62,438 bases of DNA, taken from Gammaproteobacteria bacterium. Its GTDB lineage: Bacteria > Pseudomonadota > Gammaproteobacteria > Natronospirales > REEB76. Positions 8,593 to 18,174 of the stretch are shown one piece after another. The stretch is taken from contig DASSOA010000158.1 in NCBI GenBank assembly GCA_035701115.1, positions 1-62,438 of the forward strand, read 5' to 3'. How positions within the stretch are numbered: position 1 is the stretch's first letter; the number at the start of each line of letters is the position of its first letter. A program made the translations under genes and the position numbers. The notes under the pieces are model-generated. The model was given only the letters and a program-made list of their open reading frames with translations. It did no database searches and had not been told where the DNA came from.

Positions 8593-9321
8593 ATGACCAT
8601 GGACAAGCTGAACCTGACCCATCACATTTCCCAGAAGTTCAATCAGGAACTCGAGGACGTACGCAATCGCGTACTTGCCATGGGCGGGCTTGTCGAGCAG
8701 CAGATCAGCGACGCCATGAAAGCCCTGGTGCAAGGCGACAGCGCGCTGGGACATGACGTGCAAAAGCAGGATGATCAGGTCAACCGGATGGAATTGATGA
8801 TCGACGAAGAATGCAGCCGGATACTTGCGCGGCGGCAGCCGGCAGCCAGCGATCTACGGCTGATACTGACGGTAATCAAGACCATTACCGATCTGGAACG
8901 CATTGGCGACGAAGCCGAAAAGATAGGACGGTTGGCGGTTCGCCTGGCAGAACAGGAGCGCCCGGGCGATCGTTACCTGGTGCTTGAGCACCTTGGAAAT
9001 CATGTTCGCGGTATGGTGCATGAATCGCTCGATGCATTTGCGCGTCTGGATGCCAAGGCAGCTGTTAAAACCGCGCGCGAGGATGCGCGAGTGGATGACG
9101 AGTACGAAGCGCTGTCGCGGCAGGCCATCACCTTCATGATGGAGAACCCGCGTACGATCCGTCGCGAACTCGATGTTCTGTGGTCTGCCCGGGCCCTGGA
9201 GCGTATCGGCGATCATGCCAAGAACATATCTGAGTATGTCATCTATCTGGTGCAGGGCAAGGACGTACGCCACGCCGGTTTTGAAGCCATGGAGCGGGAA
9301 GTCCGCGACCATTCCACCTGA
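8593..9321 (+). CDS. phoU: Phosphate signalling complex protein PhoU
   Basis: 242 aa. Two PhoU repeats with the conserved ...DLERIGDEA... and ...ALERIGDHAKNI... motifs. Confidence 0.93.
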   Translation: MTMDKLNLTHHISQKFNQELEDVRNRVLAMGGLVEQQISDAMKALVQGDSALGHDVQKQDDQVNRMELMIDEECSRILARRQPAASDLRLILTVIKTITDLERIGDEAEKIGRLAVRLAEQERPGDRYLVLEHLGNHVRGMVHESLDAFARLDAKAAVKTAREDARVDDEYEALSRQAITFMMENPRTIRRELDVLWSARALERIGDHAKNISEYVIYLVQGKDVRHAGFEAMEREVRDHST

Positions 9322-9407
9322 AATTGCTGGCGGCGCTCCGCGTTATGCAGTATAAGTAACGTCTGCATAACCGGGCATTGCGCTTCCCAATCGTTTGAGG
9401 TGCGGAC

Positions 9408-9911
9408 ATGGCTTTACGTCGCTGGCTCAATCTGGCCGGGTTTCTGATCTGCGTAGCGTTATTGACTTACGCCTATTATTCGCAATTTCACGACCATCTT
9501 GAGCCCTGTCCGCTGTGTATTTTTCAGCGGCTCGGGGTCATTGCGCTTGGCATTGTCTTTCTGATCGCGTTACTGCATCGTGCAGGCGCCACCGGCGCCC
9601 GGATTTACGGTGTGTTGCAGTTTGTTGCGGCGGTGTGCGGCGGCGCCGTGTCGATTCGTCACATCTACGTGCAGCATTTGCCGCCCGACATGGCACCGCC
9701 CTGCGGGCCGGGACTGAGCTACCTGTTCAAGGTTCTTCCGCTCAACAAGTTTATCGTCAAGGCGTTTACCGGCACTGCAGACTGCTCGATCGTCACCTGG
9801 CGGTTTCTCGGATTGACCATGCCGGAGTGGATGCTGATCTGGTTTGCTGTCTTGGGTATCGGTGGGTTGTTGATCAATTGGACCCTGGCGAGGTCACGGT
9901 CGAGCGCTTAG
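9408..9911 (+). CDS. dsbB: Disulfide bond formation protein B
   Basis: 167 aa, four TM helices. First Cys pair CPLC in ...LEPCPLCIFQR..., second pair in the periplasmic loop (PPCGPG...ADCSIV). Confidence 0.9.
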   Translation: MALRRWLNLAGFLICVALLTYAYYSQFHDHLEPCPLCIFQRLGVIALGIVFLIALLHRAGATGARIYGVLQFVAAVCGGAVSIRHIYVQHLPPDMAPPCGPGLSYLFKVLPLNKFIVKAFTGTADCSIVTWRFLGLTMPEWMLIWFAVLGIGGLLINWTLARSRSSA

Positions 9912-11038
9912 GCGATCAGCATTGTTTCCATGATGCGCTGATATATATCAACAAGCTTTTCGAGATCCTCTACCGCAACGTGCTCGTTCACTTTGTGAAT
10001 GCTGCCGCTGAGCGGACCGAATTCGATGACTTCGGCGCCGGTCGGCGCAATAAAGCGACCGTCGGATGTGCCACCGCCGGTATCGGGTTGTGGCGTAATT
10101 CCGGTAACTTCATGGATCGCAGCCGATACGGCTGCCATCAGCTTTCCGGCGGACGTGAGGAAGGGGTCTCCCGTACCATGCCAGGTGAGGTCATAGCGGA
10201 CCTCGTGGCGATCCAGGATATGGCTGATGCGTTGCTTCAATTCCTGTGCGGTATTTGAAGTCGAATAGCGCAAGTTGAATTGAATCTCCGCGTGACCGGG
10301 AATTACGTTGCCCGCTCCGGTACCGGCATTGAAATTCGAAATCTGGAAGCTGGTGGGTGGAAACTCCGTGTTGCCATTGTCCCATCGTGTGTTGATGAGT
10401 TCGTTGAGTGCGGGAATCGCACGATGGACAGGGTTGTCGGCGCGATGCGGATAGGCAACGTGGCCCTGAATTCCGTGCACAGTCAGCGTTCCGCTCAATG
10501 ATCCGCGGCGGCCCTTGCGAATCGTGTCGCCGAATCGTTCCTGACTGGAAGGCTCGCCCACCACACACCAGTTGATTGTTTCACCGCGGCGCTTGAGAAC
10601 GTCAATAACTTTTACAGTACCGTCTACGGAGGGGCCTTCTTCGTCGCCGGTGATCAGAAAGCCGATCCGTCCGGCATGATCGGGATGCCGGACAACAAAT
10701 CGCCGGGCCGCGATTACCATGGCAGCGAGCCCGCCTTTCATGTCCGCTGCACCACGCCCGTACAACAATCCGTCAACCACGGTCGGCTCAAACGGGTCCT
10801 GCCGCCATCTGCTCGCCGGCCCGGGAGGCACAACGTCCGTATGGCCGGCGAACACCAGCAGTGGCCCACCCCGGCCGTGCACGGCCCAGAGATTATCCAC
10901 CTGACCGAAGCGCATCGGTTCGCAGTCGAAACCTGCCTGTTGCAAATGAGACAAGAGCAGCCGCTGACAACCGGCGTCTTCGGGCGTGACCGAAGGACAT
11001 GCAATCAGCGCTTTGGCCAGTTCCAGTACGTCAGTCAT
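9908..11038 (-). CDS. dapE: Succinyl-diaminopimelate desuccinylase
   Basis: 376-aa M20 peptidase: ...LIACPSVTPEDAGCQ...FAGHTDVVP...ITGDEEG... It sits in a dap gene cluster. Confidence 0.93.
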   Translation of the reverse strand: MTDVLELAKALIACPSVTPEDAGCQRLLLSHLQQAGFDCEPMRFGQVDNLWAVHGRGGPLLVFAGHTDVVPPGPASRWRQDPFEPTVVDGLLYGRGAADMKGGLAAMVIAARRFVVRHPDHAGRIGFLITGDEEGPSVDGTVKVIDVLKRRGETINWCVVGEPSSQERFGDTIRKGRRGSLSGTLTVHGIQGHVAYPHRADNPVHRAIPALNELINTRWDNGNTEFPPTSFQISNFNAGTGAGNVIPGHAEIQFNLRYSTSNTAQELKQRISHILDRHEVRYDLTWHGTGDPFLTSAGKLMAAVSAAIHEVTGITPQPDTGGGTSDGRFIAPTGAEVIEFGPLSGSIHKVNEHVAVEDLEKLVDIYQRIMETMLIA

Positions 11039-11388
11039 CGGGAGTTCCAGGTAACGCGCTCGTACTCGGCAGCATTGAACCCAGCCAGCACGCGATTGCC
11101 AAATTCCAGAACCGGGCGTTTCAGCAACGCCGGATACAGGATCAATACAGGCACAGGATCTCCGGAATCGATCCGGGTTCGTTCAGCGGCAGGCAGCCCG
11201 CGCCAGGTGGTACTCCGCCGGTTCACCAGGACATCGCTGCCAACCGCATCCAGCCAGTGTGATACATGAGCACGATCGGGTGTCTCGTCTCGGACATCGT
11301 GAAAGACATAGCCGATGTTGCGTGCGTCAAACCATTGACGGGCGCAACGGCAACTGTCGCAGTTTTTGAGTCCCCACATCGCGATCAT
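11035..11388 (-). CDS. yffB: ArsC/Spx-family thioredoxin-fold protein, YffB-like
   Basis: [15 protein letters not shown]...[10 protein letters not shown]...LLKRPVL parallels E. coli YffB (YGIKNCDTCKKARRWL...NTRGTTWRKL...IKRPLL). 4-nt overlaps with both dapD and dapE. Confidence 0.8.
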   Translation of the reverse strand: MIAMWGLKNCDSCRCARQWFDARNIGYVFHDVRDETPDRAHVSHWLDAVGSDVLVNRRSTTWRGLPAAERTRIDSGDPVPVLILYPALLKRPVLEFGNRVLAGFNAAEYERVTWNSR

Positions 11389-12224
11389 GACGTCTGCGCT
11401 GCGCTGCGCAGCAATTCGTTGATGCCGACCTTGGCGCGGGTCCGTTCATCAACGCGTTTGACGATTACAGCACACTGCAGACTGTAACGTCCGTCTGCGG
11501 AGGGGAGGGAACCGGGTACGACCACGGCACCGGCCGGAATCCGGCCATACGTGACTTCATCGCGTTCGCGATCGTAGATGCGGGTACTTTGTCCGATGAA
11601 CACGCCCATCGAAATCACGGCGCCACGCTCGACAATCACCCCTTCGACAATTTCGGACCGTGCACCGATAAAGCAGTTGTCCTCAATGACAGTAGGCGCA
11701 GCTTGCAGCGGCTCCAGTACGCCGCCAATTCCGGCACCACCGGACAGATGCACGTTGCGCCCAATCTGGGCACAGGAACCCACTGTTGCCCAGGTATCCA
11801 CCATGGTGCCTGCGCCGACATAGGCGCCAATGTTGATGTAGCACGGCATCAGGACTGCATCGGCCGCGATGTATGCGCCTTTGCGTACAACCGCCGTGGG
11901 TACAATACGCGCACCTTCACGTTCGAAATCGCTCTGCGAATAGCCGGAATATTTCAGCGGAACCTTGTCGAAATAGCGCAACGCGCCCGAGTCGATTACG
12001 CGATTGGAGTGCAATCTGAAATAAAGCAGCACGGCCTTTTTGAGCCATTCGTTGACCAGCCATTGGCCGTCGCGCGGTTCCGCAACGCGCGCTTCACCTC
12101 GATCCAGCAGCTCCACCGCATGTCGGACGGCTGCGTGCAGTTCCGGCGTCGCGGTCGAAGGCGTAATCCGGCTGCGGTTCTCGAAATGCGCCTCGATAGT
12201 ATCCTTTATTTCTTCTTTGTTCAC
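11385..12224 (-). CDS. dapD: 2,3,4,5-tetrahydropyridine-2,6-dicarboxylate N-succinyltransferase
   Basis: ...[25 protein letters not shown]... followed by hexapeptide repeats. I prefer the GTG at 12224 ([17 protein letters not shown], aligns with the E. coli DapD N-terminus, GTGA overlap with the dapC stop) over the track's ATG at 12269. Confidence 0.92.
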   Translation of the reverse strand: MNKEEIKDTIEAHFENRSRITPSTATPELHAAVRHAVELLDRGEARVAEPRDGQWLVNEWLKKAVLLYFRLHSNRVIDSGALRYFDKVPLKYSGYSQSDFEREGARIVPTAVVRKGAYIAADAVLMPCYINIGAYVGAGTMVDTWATVGSCAQIGRNVHLSGGAGIGGVLEPLQAAPTVIEDNCFIGARSEIVEGVIVERGAVISMGVFIGQSTRIYDRERDEVTYGRIPAGAVVVPGSLPSADGRYSLQCAVIVKRVDERTRAKVGINELLRSAAQTS

Positions 12225-13432
12225 AGTGACTCCACGTATCGGCGGACGCGGCGCATTGCTTCGCTGCATTCGGCCACCGGCGCAACCAGCGAGATGCGTA
12301 TGCGATTCCGGCCCGGGTTGCCATACACGCTGTTGCGTGACAGATAGCTTCCCGGTACGACGGTAACGTTCTGCTGGGCGAACAGACTCCTGGTAAACGT
12401 TTCATCATCGACCGACGTGCGCGGCCACAGATAGAACGCCGCAGGCGGGCAGGTAACATCCATGACCGGGCCCAGGATATCCATGGCCGCCTGGAATTTT
12501 TCCCGGTACAGCGCCCGATTGCGAATGACGTGTTCTTCGTCGTTCCAGGCGAAGATGCTTGCGAGTTGCACCTGATTCGGTACCGCACAGCCATGATAGG
12601 TCCGGTACAGCAGGAACTTCGCCAGAATTTCTGCATCGCCGGCCACGAAACCGGAACGCAGGCCCGGGACGCTGGAACGCTTGGAGAGGCTGTGAAACAC
12701 CACACAGCGCCGGAAATCGTGCCGTCCGGATACTTCGCAGGCCTGCAGCAGCCCCGGCGGCGGATTGTGTTCGTCGAGGTAAATCTCGGAGTAACACTCG
12801 TCCGACGCCACAATGAAATCATAGCGGTCAGCAAGTTCAATGACGCGCTTGAGATAAGCAATGTCCATGATCGCGCCAGTGGGATTTCCCGGCGTGCAGA
12901 TAAACAGCAACTGGCAACGCTGCCAGACGGATTCCGGCACCTGATCGAGATCGGGCAGAAACCCGGATTCCTCGTTGGTGTCCATGAACCAGGGTTCGGC
13001 GCCGGCAAGGAACGCGCCACCCTCGTAGATCTGATAGAAGGGGTTCGGCATGAGCACCAGCGGCTGCTGGCGGCCGCGGTCGATGACCGCCTGTACAAAT
13101 GCAAATAACCCCTCGCGCGTTCCGCTCACGGGAATGACGTGACGGTCCGGATCGATGCGGCCGGCACCGAGTTTGAAACGCCGGGTCAACCAGGCAGCGA
13201 TGGCTTCGCGCAGCTCGGGCAATCCTTTGGCCACGGGGTAGGCCCCGAGCCCGGCAAGATTGTTGCGCAATGCATCGAGGACAAGTTCTGGCGGTGCATG
13301 CTTAGGTTCGCCGATGGATAACGGGATATGCGAAAGGTGCGGGGGAGGTGCGATGCCCTGCTTGAGTTTTGCCAGGCGTTCGAAGGGGTAGGGCAGCAGC
13401 TTGTGCAGATCGGGATTCATACCGGGTTCCAT
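12221..13432 (-). CDS. dapC: Succinyldiaminopimelate transaminase (class I aminotransferase)
   Basis: 403 aa. ...[11 protein letters not shown]...[10 protein letters not shown]...NPTGA...SLSKRSS (PLP lysine motif). Lies upstream of dapD. The start may instead be the second ATG at 13420. Confidence 0.85.
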   Translation of the reverse strand: MEPGMNPDLHKLLPYPFERLAKLKQGIAPPPHLSHIPLSIGEPKHAPPELVLDALRNNLAGLGAYPVAKGLPELREAIAAWLTRRFKLGAGRIDPDRHVIPVSGTREGLFAFVQAVIDRGRQQPLVLMPNPFYQIYEGGAFLAGAEPWFMDTNEESGFLPDLDQVPESVWQRCQLLFICTPGNPTGAIMDIAYLKRVIELADRYDFIVASDECYSEIYLDEHNPPPGLLQACEVSGRHDFRRCVVFHSLSKRSSVPGLRSGFVAGDAEILAKFLLYRTYHGCAVPNQVQLASIFAWNDEEHVIRNRALYREKFQAAMDILGPVMDVTCPPAAFYLWPRTSVDDETFTRSLFAQQNVTVVPGSYLSRNSVYGNPGRNRIRISLVAPVAECSEAMRRVRRYVESL

Positions 13433-13444
13433 AGTGGTTGTTAT

Positions 13445-16132
13445 TCAGCTTGCCTCGCCAATGCGGGACAGCAATGCGCTGCGCAGACGGGATTGTGCGT
13501 CATCACCATCAAGCGGCCCGCCACCGGTGTCGGTTACAAAAAACACGTCTTCCGCCCGTTCGCCTACCGTCGTGATTTTGGCGTTATGCAGCCGGACGTC
13601 ACACGCCTTCAGCGCCTGGCCGATCAGTGACAAGAGGCCGGGCCGGTCGCCAGCGCTGATTTCCAGTACGGTACGCCGGTTGATCACATCTTGCGCAAAA
13701 TGGATTCGTGTCGGCGTCGCGAACATCCTGACCTGGCGGGGTGCCCGCCGCGTTACCGGGATGGGCGACGCATTATGCCGGTTTATTTCGCGCCGCAACA
13801 CCTGCTCGATCTCCTGAAGGCGATCGGGATCACTGATTGGCGCGGCATCGTCTTCCAGCACGACATACGTGTCGAGTCGGGCGTCGCTGCCGATTGGGAT
13901 CAGGCGTGCGTCAAGCACGGTCAGACCAAGCTGCGACAACACGGCCGTGACGCGTCCGAAAATAAAGTCGTCATCGCGCGAATACACGCACACCGCGGTT
14001 CCGCCGCGCTGAGGTTGATCGCGCAGAAACGCCAGCGGCACCTGGTCAGGATCAATATGGGCCAGCGCCGTCGTGTGCCAGATAACCTCGTCGACAGTGT
14101 GCTGCAAAAAATATTCTTCGGAGAAGTTTTTCCAGATCCTGCTGATGGCGACAGATTCGAAACCGCGCTCATTAAGCACGTGAATTGCGGCTGTCTGCGT
14201 TTCGCGAATCAGTTCGTCTTTGTCGATCGGGTTTTCTAGCCCGTGCCGGAGCGCAGCACTGGTGGCGCGATACAGCTCCTGGAACAGGCTGGCCTTCCAT
14301 GAGTTCCACAATTCGGGGTTGGTACCTCGAACGTCGGCGACCGTAAGAATGTAAAGGTAGTCGAGGTGTGTCTGATCGCTGACCAGACTGGCAAATTGAT
14401 GCAGGACCTGCGGGTCGTTGATATCACGTTTCTGTGCGGTGATGGAAAGCAGAAGGTGGTTCTGCACCAGCCAGGCAACGAGGCGTGCGTCGTAGCGGGA
14501 CAAACCGTGATCGATACAGAAACGCTCGGCGTCCTGAGAACCAAGTTCGGAATGATCGCCGCCGCGCCCCTTTGCGACATCGTGGAACAGCGCGGCCAGA
14601 TAGGCGAGCTCAGGCTTGGGAAGCGCCTGCATGATCTGACTGCACAATGGAAACTCATTGTCGTAGCGGCTGAGTGCAAATCTGCGCAGGTTACTGAGCA
14701 CAAACAGAATGTGCTCATCCACCGTATAGGTGTGAAACAGGTCGTATTGCATCCGCCCGACTACGGCTCCGAATGCCGGAAGATAGCGCCCGAGTACCCC
14801 ATACCGGTTCATGCGCCGCAGCTCGTGAGTTACGCCCTGAGGTTCGCGGAGAATGGTCATGAACAACTGACGATTGGCAGGGTCGGATCGAAACTGCTCG
14901 TCAATCCGATCCAGGTTTTCCCGCAAGGCCCGCAGCGTGTTGGCGGCGATACCCTTCAGGCGCGGGTGTTGCTGAAGCACGTGAAATATTGCAAGCAGAG
15001 CAGACGGTTTCCGCGCGAACAGATCCGGCTCATTGATGTGTACAAAGCCGTTGCGTGCAGTGAAATCGCCGTCAAGCGGCGTAACGTCGGCTGAAGATGT
15101 CTGCACTATGATCACTTCTTCAAGCGATTGCAGCAGCATTTCATTCAACAGACCAAGATCCTTGATCGTTCTGTAATACTCCTGCATGAATTGTTCGACA
15201 CCCAGGGATTGAGGTGTGTCCCGATATCCAAATCGGGTCGCGAGTTTTATCTGCGCGTCAAACAGCAGGCGGTCTTCGCGGCGGCGGTTCAGGTAGTGCA
15301 GTGCAAAGCGGATCTTCCAGAGAAATGCCTGGCCGCGCGACAGAATTTCGAATTCCTGTTCGGTGATGAAACCGTGATTAACCAGATCGTGCAGGGTGTC
15401 GGCGCCGAAATGGCGTTTCGCCACCCAACCGATCATCTGGATATCGCGCAATCCACCCGGACTCTCCTTGATGTTGGGTTCAAGCCGGTAGGCGGTGTCA
15501 TGAAATTTCTGATGACGTTGCTGCTGCTCGTGAAACTTGGCGGAAAAAAATTCTGCTGCAGGCCATGTGGCAGGAGGATCTGTGAGTTTGCGCATCTGCG
15601 CGTACAGTTGTCGCGGACCAAACAGCAGACGGGATTCCATGAGGTTGGTGGCGACGGTGATGTCGGCGCGGGCGGCGGCAGCGCATTCTTCAGGCGTGCG
15701 AACGCTGTGACTCGCTTCCAGACCAATGTCCCAGAGGAATGCAATAAACGCTTCAATCCGGGATCGTTGGGCTTCGAGTCCGCCCGGAGCGATCAGGAGC
15801 AGCAAGTCGATGTCAGAGCAGGGATGAAGTTCGCCCCGACCGTAGCCCCCGACCGCCACCAGCGTCAGTGTGTCGCCGCTGCTTTGCAGGTGCAGACGGC
15901 AGGCACGGGTGATCAGGGCATCGACAAGTGCGGCACGCTCCCTGACCAGCTGTTCAACCGGCGCGCCTGCATCGAACCGTTCCCGTAATGCAGCGTCGCC
16001 TTGCCGTAGCGCCCGGCGCAATATCCGGACCGGATTCTCCCCGGCTTGCAAAGCATGATCGAGCGGAGTGGTATCCAGAGACTGTGCAGGCGGCGGCGCG
16101 GCGTTCAAGCGGCTGAATTCAGATCTCGCCAC
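13445..16132 (-). CDS. glnD: Bifunctional [protein-PII] uridylyltransferase/uridylyl-removing enzyme
   Basis: 895 aa. Nucleotidyltransferase region (GGYGRGELHPCSDIDLL), HD domain (LAALFHDVAKGRGGDHS) and two C-terminal ACT domains. Confidence 0.95.
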   Translation of the reverse strand: MARSEFSRLNAAPPPAQSLDTTPLDHALQAGENPVRILRRALRQGDAALRERFDAGAPVEQLVRERAALVDALITRACRLHLQSSGDTLTLVAVGGYGRGELHPCSDIDLLLLIAPGGLEAQRSRIEAFIAFLWDIGLEASHSVRTPEECAAAARADITVATNLMESRLLFGPRQLYAQMRKLTDPPATWPAAEFFSAKFHEQQQRHQKFHDTAYRLEPNIKESPGGLRDIQMIGWVAKRHFGADTLHDLVNHGFITEQEFEILSRGQAFLWKIRFALHYLNRRREDRLLFDAQIKLATRFGYRDTPQSLGVEQFMQEYYRTIKDLGLLNEMLLQSLEEVIIVQTSSADVTPLDGDFTARNGFVHINEPDLFARKPSALLAIFHVLQQHPRLKGIAANTLRALRENLDRIDEQFRSDPANRQLFMTILREPQGVTHELRRMNRYGVLGRYLPAFGAVVGRMQYDLFHTYTVDEHILFVLSNLRRFALSRYDNEFPLCSQIMQALPKPELAYLAALFHDVAKGRGGDHSELGSQDAERFCIDHGLSRYDARLVAWLVQNHLLLSITAQKRDINDPQVLHQFASLVSDQTHLDYLYILTVADVRGTNPELWNSWKASLFQELYRATSAALRHGLENPIDKDELIRETQTAAIHVLNERGFESVAISRIWKNFSEEYFLQHTVDEVIWHTTALAHIDPDQVPLAFLRDQPQRGGTAVCVYSRDDDFIFGRVTAVLSQLGLTVLDARLIPIGSDARLDTYVVLEDDAAPISDPDRLQEIEQVLRREINRHNASPIPVTRRAPRQVRMFATPTRIHFAQDVINRRTVLEISAGDRPGLLSLIGQALKACDVRLHNAKITTVGERAEDVFFVTDTGGGPLDGDDAQSRLRSALLSRIGEAS

Positions 16133-16886
16133 CGGCCCGAGTGGTGAGAATCTCGTGACCCGTGTCCGTAACCAGGATCGTGTGTTCCCATTGCGCTGAG
16201 AGCGAATGATCCTTGGTGACGACGGTCCAGCCGTCAGGCAGAAGCTTTACGTGCCGCTTACCGGCATTGATCATCGGCTCGATGGTGAACGTCATTCCCG
16301 GTTTGAGTTCCAGCCCGGTACCCGGTGTGCCGTAATGCAGTACCTGAGGGTCTTCATGATAAACGCGGCCGATGCCGTGCCCGCAGTATTCACGCACCAC
16401 GGAGAAACCGTGACTCTCGGCATAATGTTGAATGGCGTGGCCGATGTCACCGAGCCGGATCCCCGGTTTGACCATCTCGATTCCCGTGAGCATCGCGTCA
16501 TGCGTGACCTGAACCAGGCGCCGGGCCAGTACCGAGGGCTCGCCGACGAAGTACATCTTGCTGGTATCGCCGTGGAAGCCATCCTTGATGACCGTGACAT
16601 CAATGTTGACGATGTCGCCGTCCTTGAGCTTTTTCTCGTTGGGAATGCCGTGACAAACGACATGATTGATCGAGCTGCAGATGGTTTTCGGGAACCCGTT
16701 GTATCCGACGTTGGCCGGGACCGCCTTCTGGATATGGACGATGTGGTCGTGACACAGCTGATCCAGCTCTTCGGTGGTTATCCCGGGCCTTACATGCTCG
16801 CCGATCATGTCCAGAACCTCCGCCGCCAGGCGGCCGGCTTCGCGCATTTTGGCCTGTTCTTCGGGGGTCTTGATGGTGACGGGCAT
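16119..16886 (-). CDS. map: Type I methionine aminopeptidase
   Basis: 255 aa. ...VCHGIPN...DIVNIDVT...GHGIG...FTIEPM...WEHT... are the metal-ligand motifs. Confidence 0.95.
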   Translation of the reverse strand: MPVTIKTPEEQAKMREAGRLAAEVLDMIGEHVRPGITTEELDQLCHDHIVHIQKAVPANVGYNGFPKTICSSINHVVCHGIPNEKKLKDGDIVNIDVTVIKDGFHGDTSKMYFVGEPSVLARRLVQVTHDAMLTGIEMVKPGIRLGDIGHAIQHYAESHGFSVVREYCGHGIGRVYHEDPQVLHYGTPGTGLELKPGMTFTIEPMINAGKRHVKLLPDGWTVVTKDHSLSAQWEHTILVTDTGHEILTTRAGGEI

Positions 16887-16982
16887 GGCTGCGATGTGTG
16901 TTTACAGGGCGGTGCAAGCGGATATGGGGAAGCACGGGCAGGGACTCAAGCCCTGGCCAACGTTGCCGTTGTTGGGTCGTTA

Positions 16983-17163
16983 TGGTATAAAGCGCAGCCT
17001 TTTTTGGCAAACCGGCCGCCAAAGCGGCCATATTTGACACCACACATACGCCGTCACATGTCGCGGGGTGCCCGCCGGCCCAACTGGGCCAGGGTTGCGA
17101 CACGGGGCGTATGGAGGCTTAACCCCGGGAACGGTCTCCGTTCCCACAATCAGGAGATTACTC
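16983..17163 (+). promoter_or_regulatory. Putative rpsB extended -10 promoter plus structured 5' leader
   Basis: TATGGTATAAA (16981-16991) closely resembles the extended -10 I recall for E. coli rpsB (TGTGGTATAAA). That placement leaves a ~165-nt leader. The leader ends in an 8-bp hairpin GGGAACGG-tct-CCGTTCCC (17127-17145) just 5' of the AGGAG Shine-Dalgarno sequence. Confidence 0.5.
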
Positions 17164-18132
17164 ATGGCGACCCCGTCCATGCGCCAGATGCTGGAAGCTG
17201 GCGTGCATTTCGGTCATCAAACGCGCTATTGGAACCCGAAAATGGCCCCGTTCATTTTCGGCGAACGCAGCCGCATTCACATTATCAACCTCGAACGGAC
17301 TCTCCCGCTCTACCACGAGGCGCTGGAATTCGTTAAGCGTCTGGTCGCGGACGGCGGCACTGTGCTGTTCGTCGGTACCAAGCGCGCTGCGCGCGATACC
17401 ATCGCCGAGCAGGCCAGGCGCTGCGGCATGCCGTTTGTGAACCAGCGCTGGCTGGGCGGCACACTTACCAATTTCAAGACCGTGCGCCAGTCGATCCGCC
17501 GCATGAAGGAACTGGAAATGCAGGCGGAAGACGGCACCTTCGACCGTCTCGGCAAGAAGGAAGTCATCACCCTGCGCCGCGAGATGGAAAAACTCGAAAA
17601 GAGCCTGGGTGGAATCAAGGAAATGGGCGGCTTGCCCGATGCGCTGTTCATCATTGACGTGGGTCATGAAAAGATTGCCGTCAGCGAGGCGCACAAGCTG
17701 GATATTCCGATCGTCGGGATCGTCGATACCAACAATTCGCCGGATGGGGTTGATTACGTGATTCCGGGCAATGACGACGCAATCCGTGCCGTGCAATTGT
17801 ATGCGCAAGGCATTGCCGATGCGGTGCTTGCCGGCAAGGAAGCCATGCCGCAACTCGCCGGCGCTGACGAAGACGAGTTTGTGGAACTTGACGAGCAGGG
17901 CAATCCGAAGCGCGGCCGCAGCCGCGGCAGAAAGGCACCGGCAAGCGTCAAGGCAGCGCCGGGCCGCGGCGGCAGAAAGCCGGCACCTGCGAAAGCAGCG
18001 TCACAGCCCGCATCCGTGGAAGACGAACCGGGCGATGATGAAAAGCCTGCAGCCAGCAAGAAGGTTGCCGGCAAAAAAGCCCCTGCCCGCAAGGGGCCGT
18101 CCAGAGCGAAAGCAGAAGAACAGGGCGAGTAA
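17164..18132 (+). CDS. rpsB: 30S ribosomal protein S2 with ~80-aa Lys/Ala/Pro-rich C-terminal extension
   Basis: [27 protein letters not shown]... is the canonical S2 N-terminus (the track's 17068 start is over-extended). AGGAG lies 7 nt upstream of the ATG at 17164. Confidence 0.95.
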   Translation: MATPSMRQMLEAGVHFGHQTRYWNPKMAPFIFGERSRIHIINLERTLPLYHEALEFVKRLVADGGTVLFVGTKRAARDTIAEQARRCGMPFVNQRWLGGTLTNFKTVRQSIRRMKELEMQAEDGTFDRLGKKEVITLRREMEKLEKSLGGIKEMGGLPDALFIIDVGHEKIAVSEAHKLDIPIVGIVDTNNSPDGVDYVIPGNDDAIRAVQLYAQGIADAVLAGKEAMPQLAGADEDEFVELDEQGNPKRGRSRGRKAPASVKAAPGRGGRKPAPAKAASQPASVEDEPGDDEKPAASKKVAGKKAPARKGPSRAKAEEQGE

Positions 18133-18174
18133 GCCACGCCTTCTGTTGCCGTTATCCGTTCCACATGTAGTACA

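Noticed and set aside
9343-9370. Hairpin TTATGCAG-(12 nt)-CTGCATAA between phoU and dsbB.
   Set aside because: It is an AT-rich 8-bp stem with a large loop and no U-tract. It may simply overlap the dsbB promoter (TATAAG). The evidence is insufficient for a terminator or regulatory call.
9515-10258. 247-aa plus-strand ORF bridging dsbB and dapE.
   Set aside because: It is out of frame with dsbB and antisense to dapE. It has no motif support.
12094-13104. 336-aa alternative-frame minus-strand ORF, and the plus-strand ORFs 11589..12347 and 12530..13108.
   Set aside because: They overlap dapC and dapD, which have clear family signatures. The alternative products are Arg/Ser/Pro-rich with no recognisable motifs.
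16206-17336. 376-aa plus-strand ORF running from inside map through the intergenic region into rpsB.
   Set aside because: It is antisense to map over most of its length and out of frame with rpsB. It crosses a region better explained as the rpsB promoter and leader. No conserved motifs are present.
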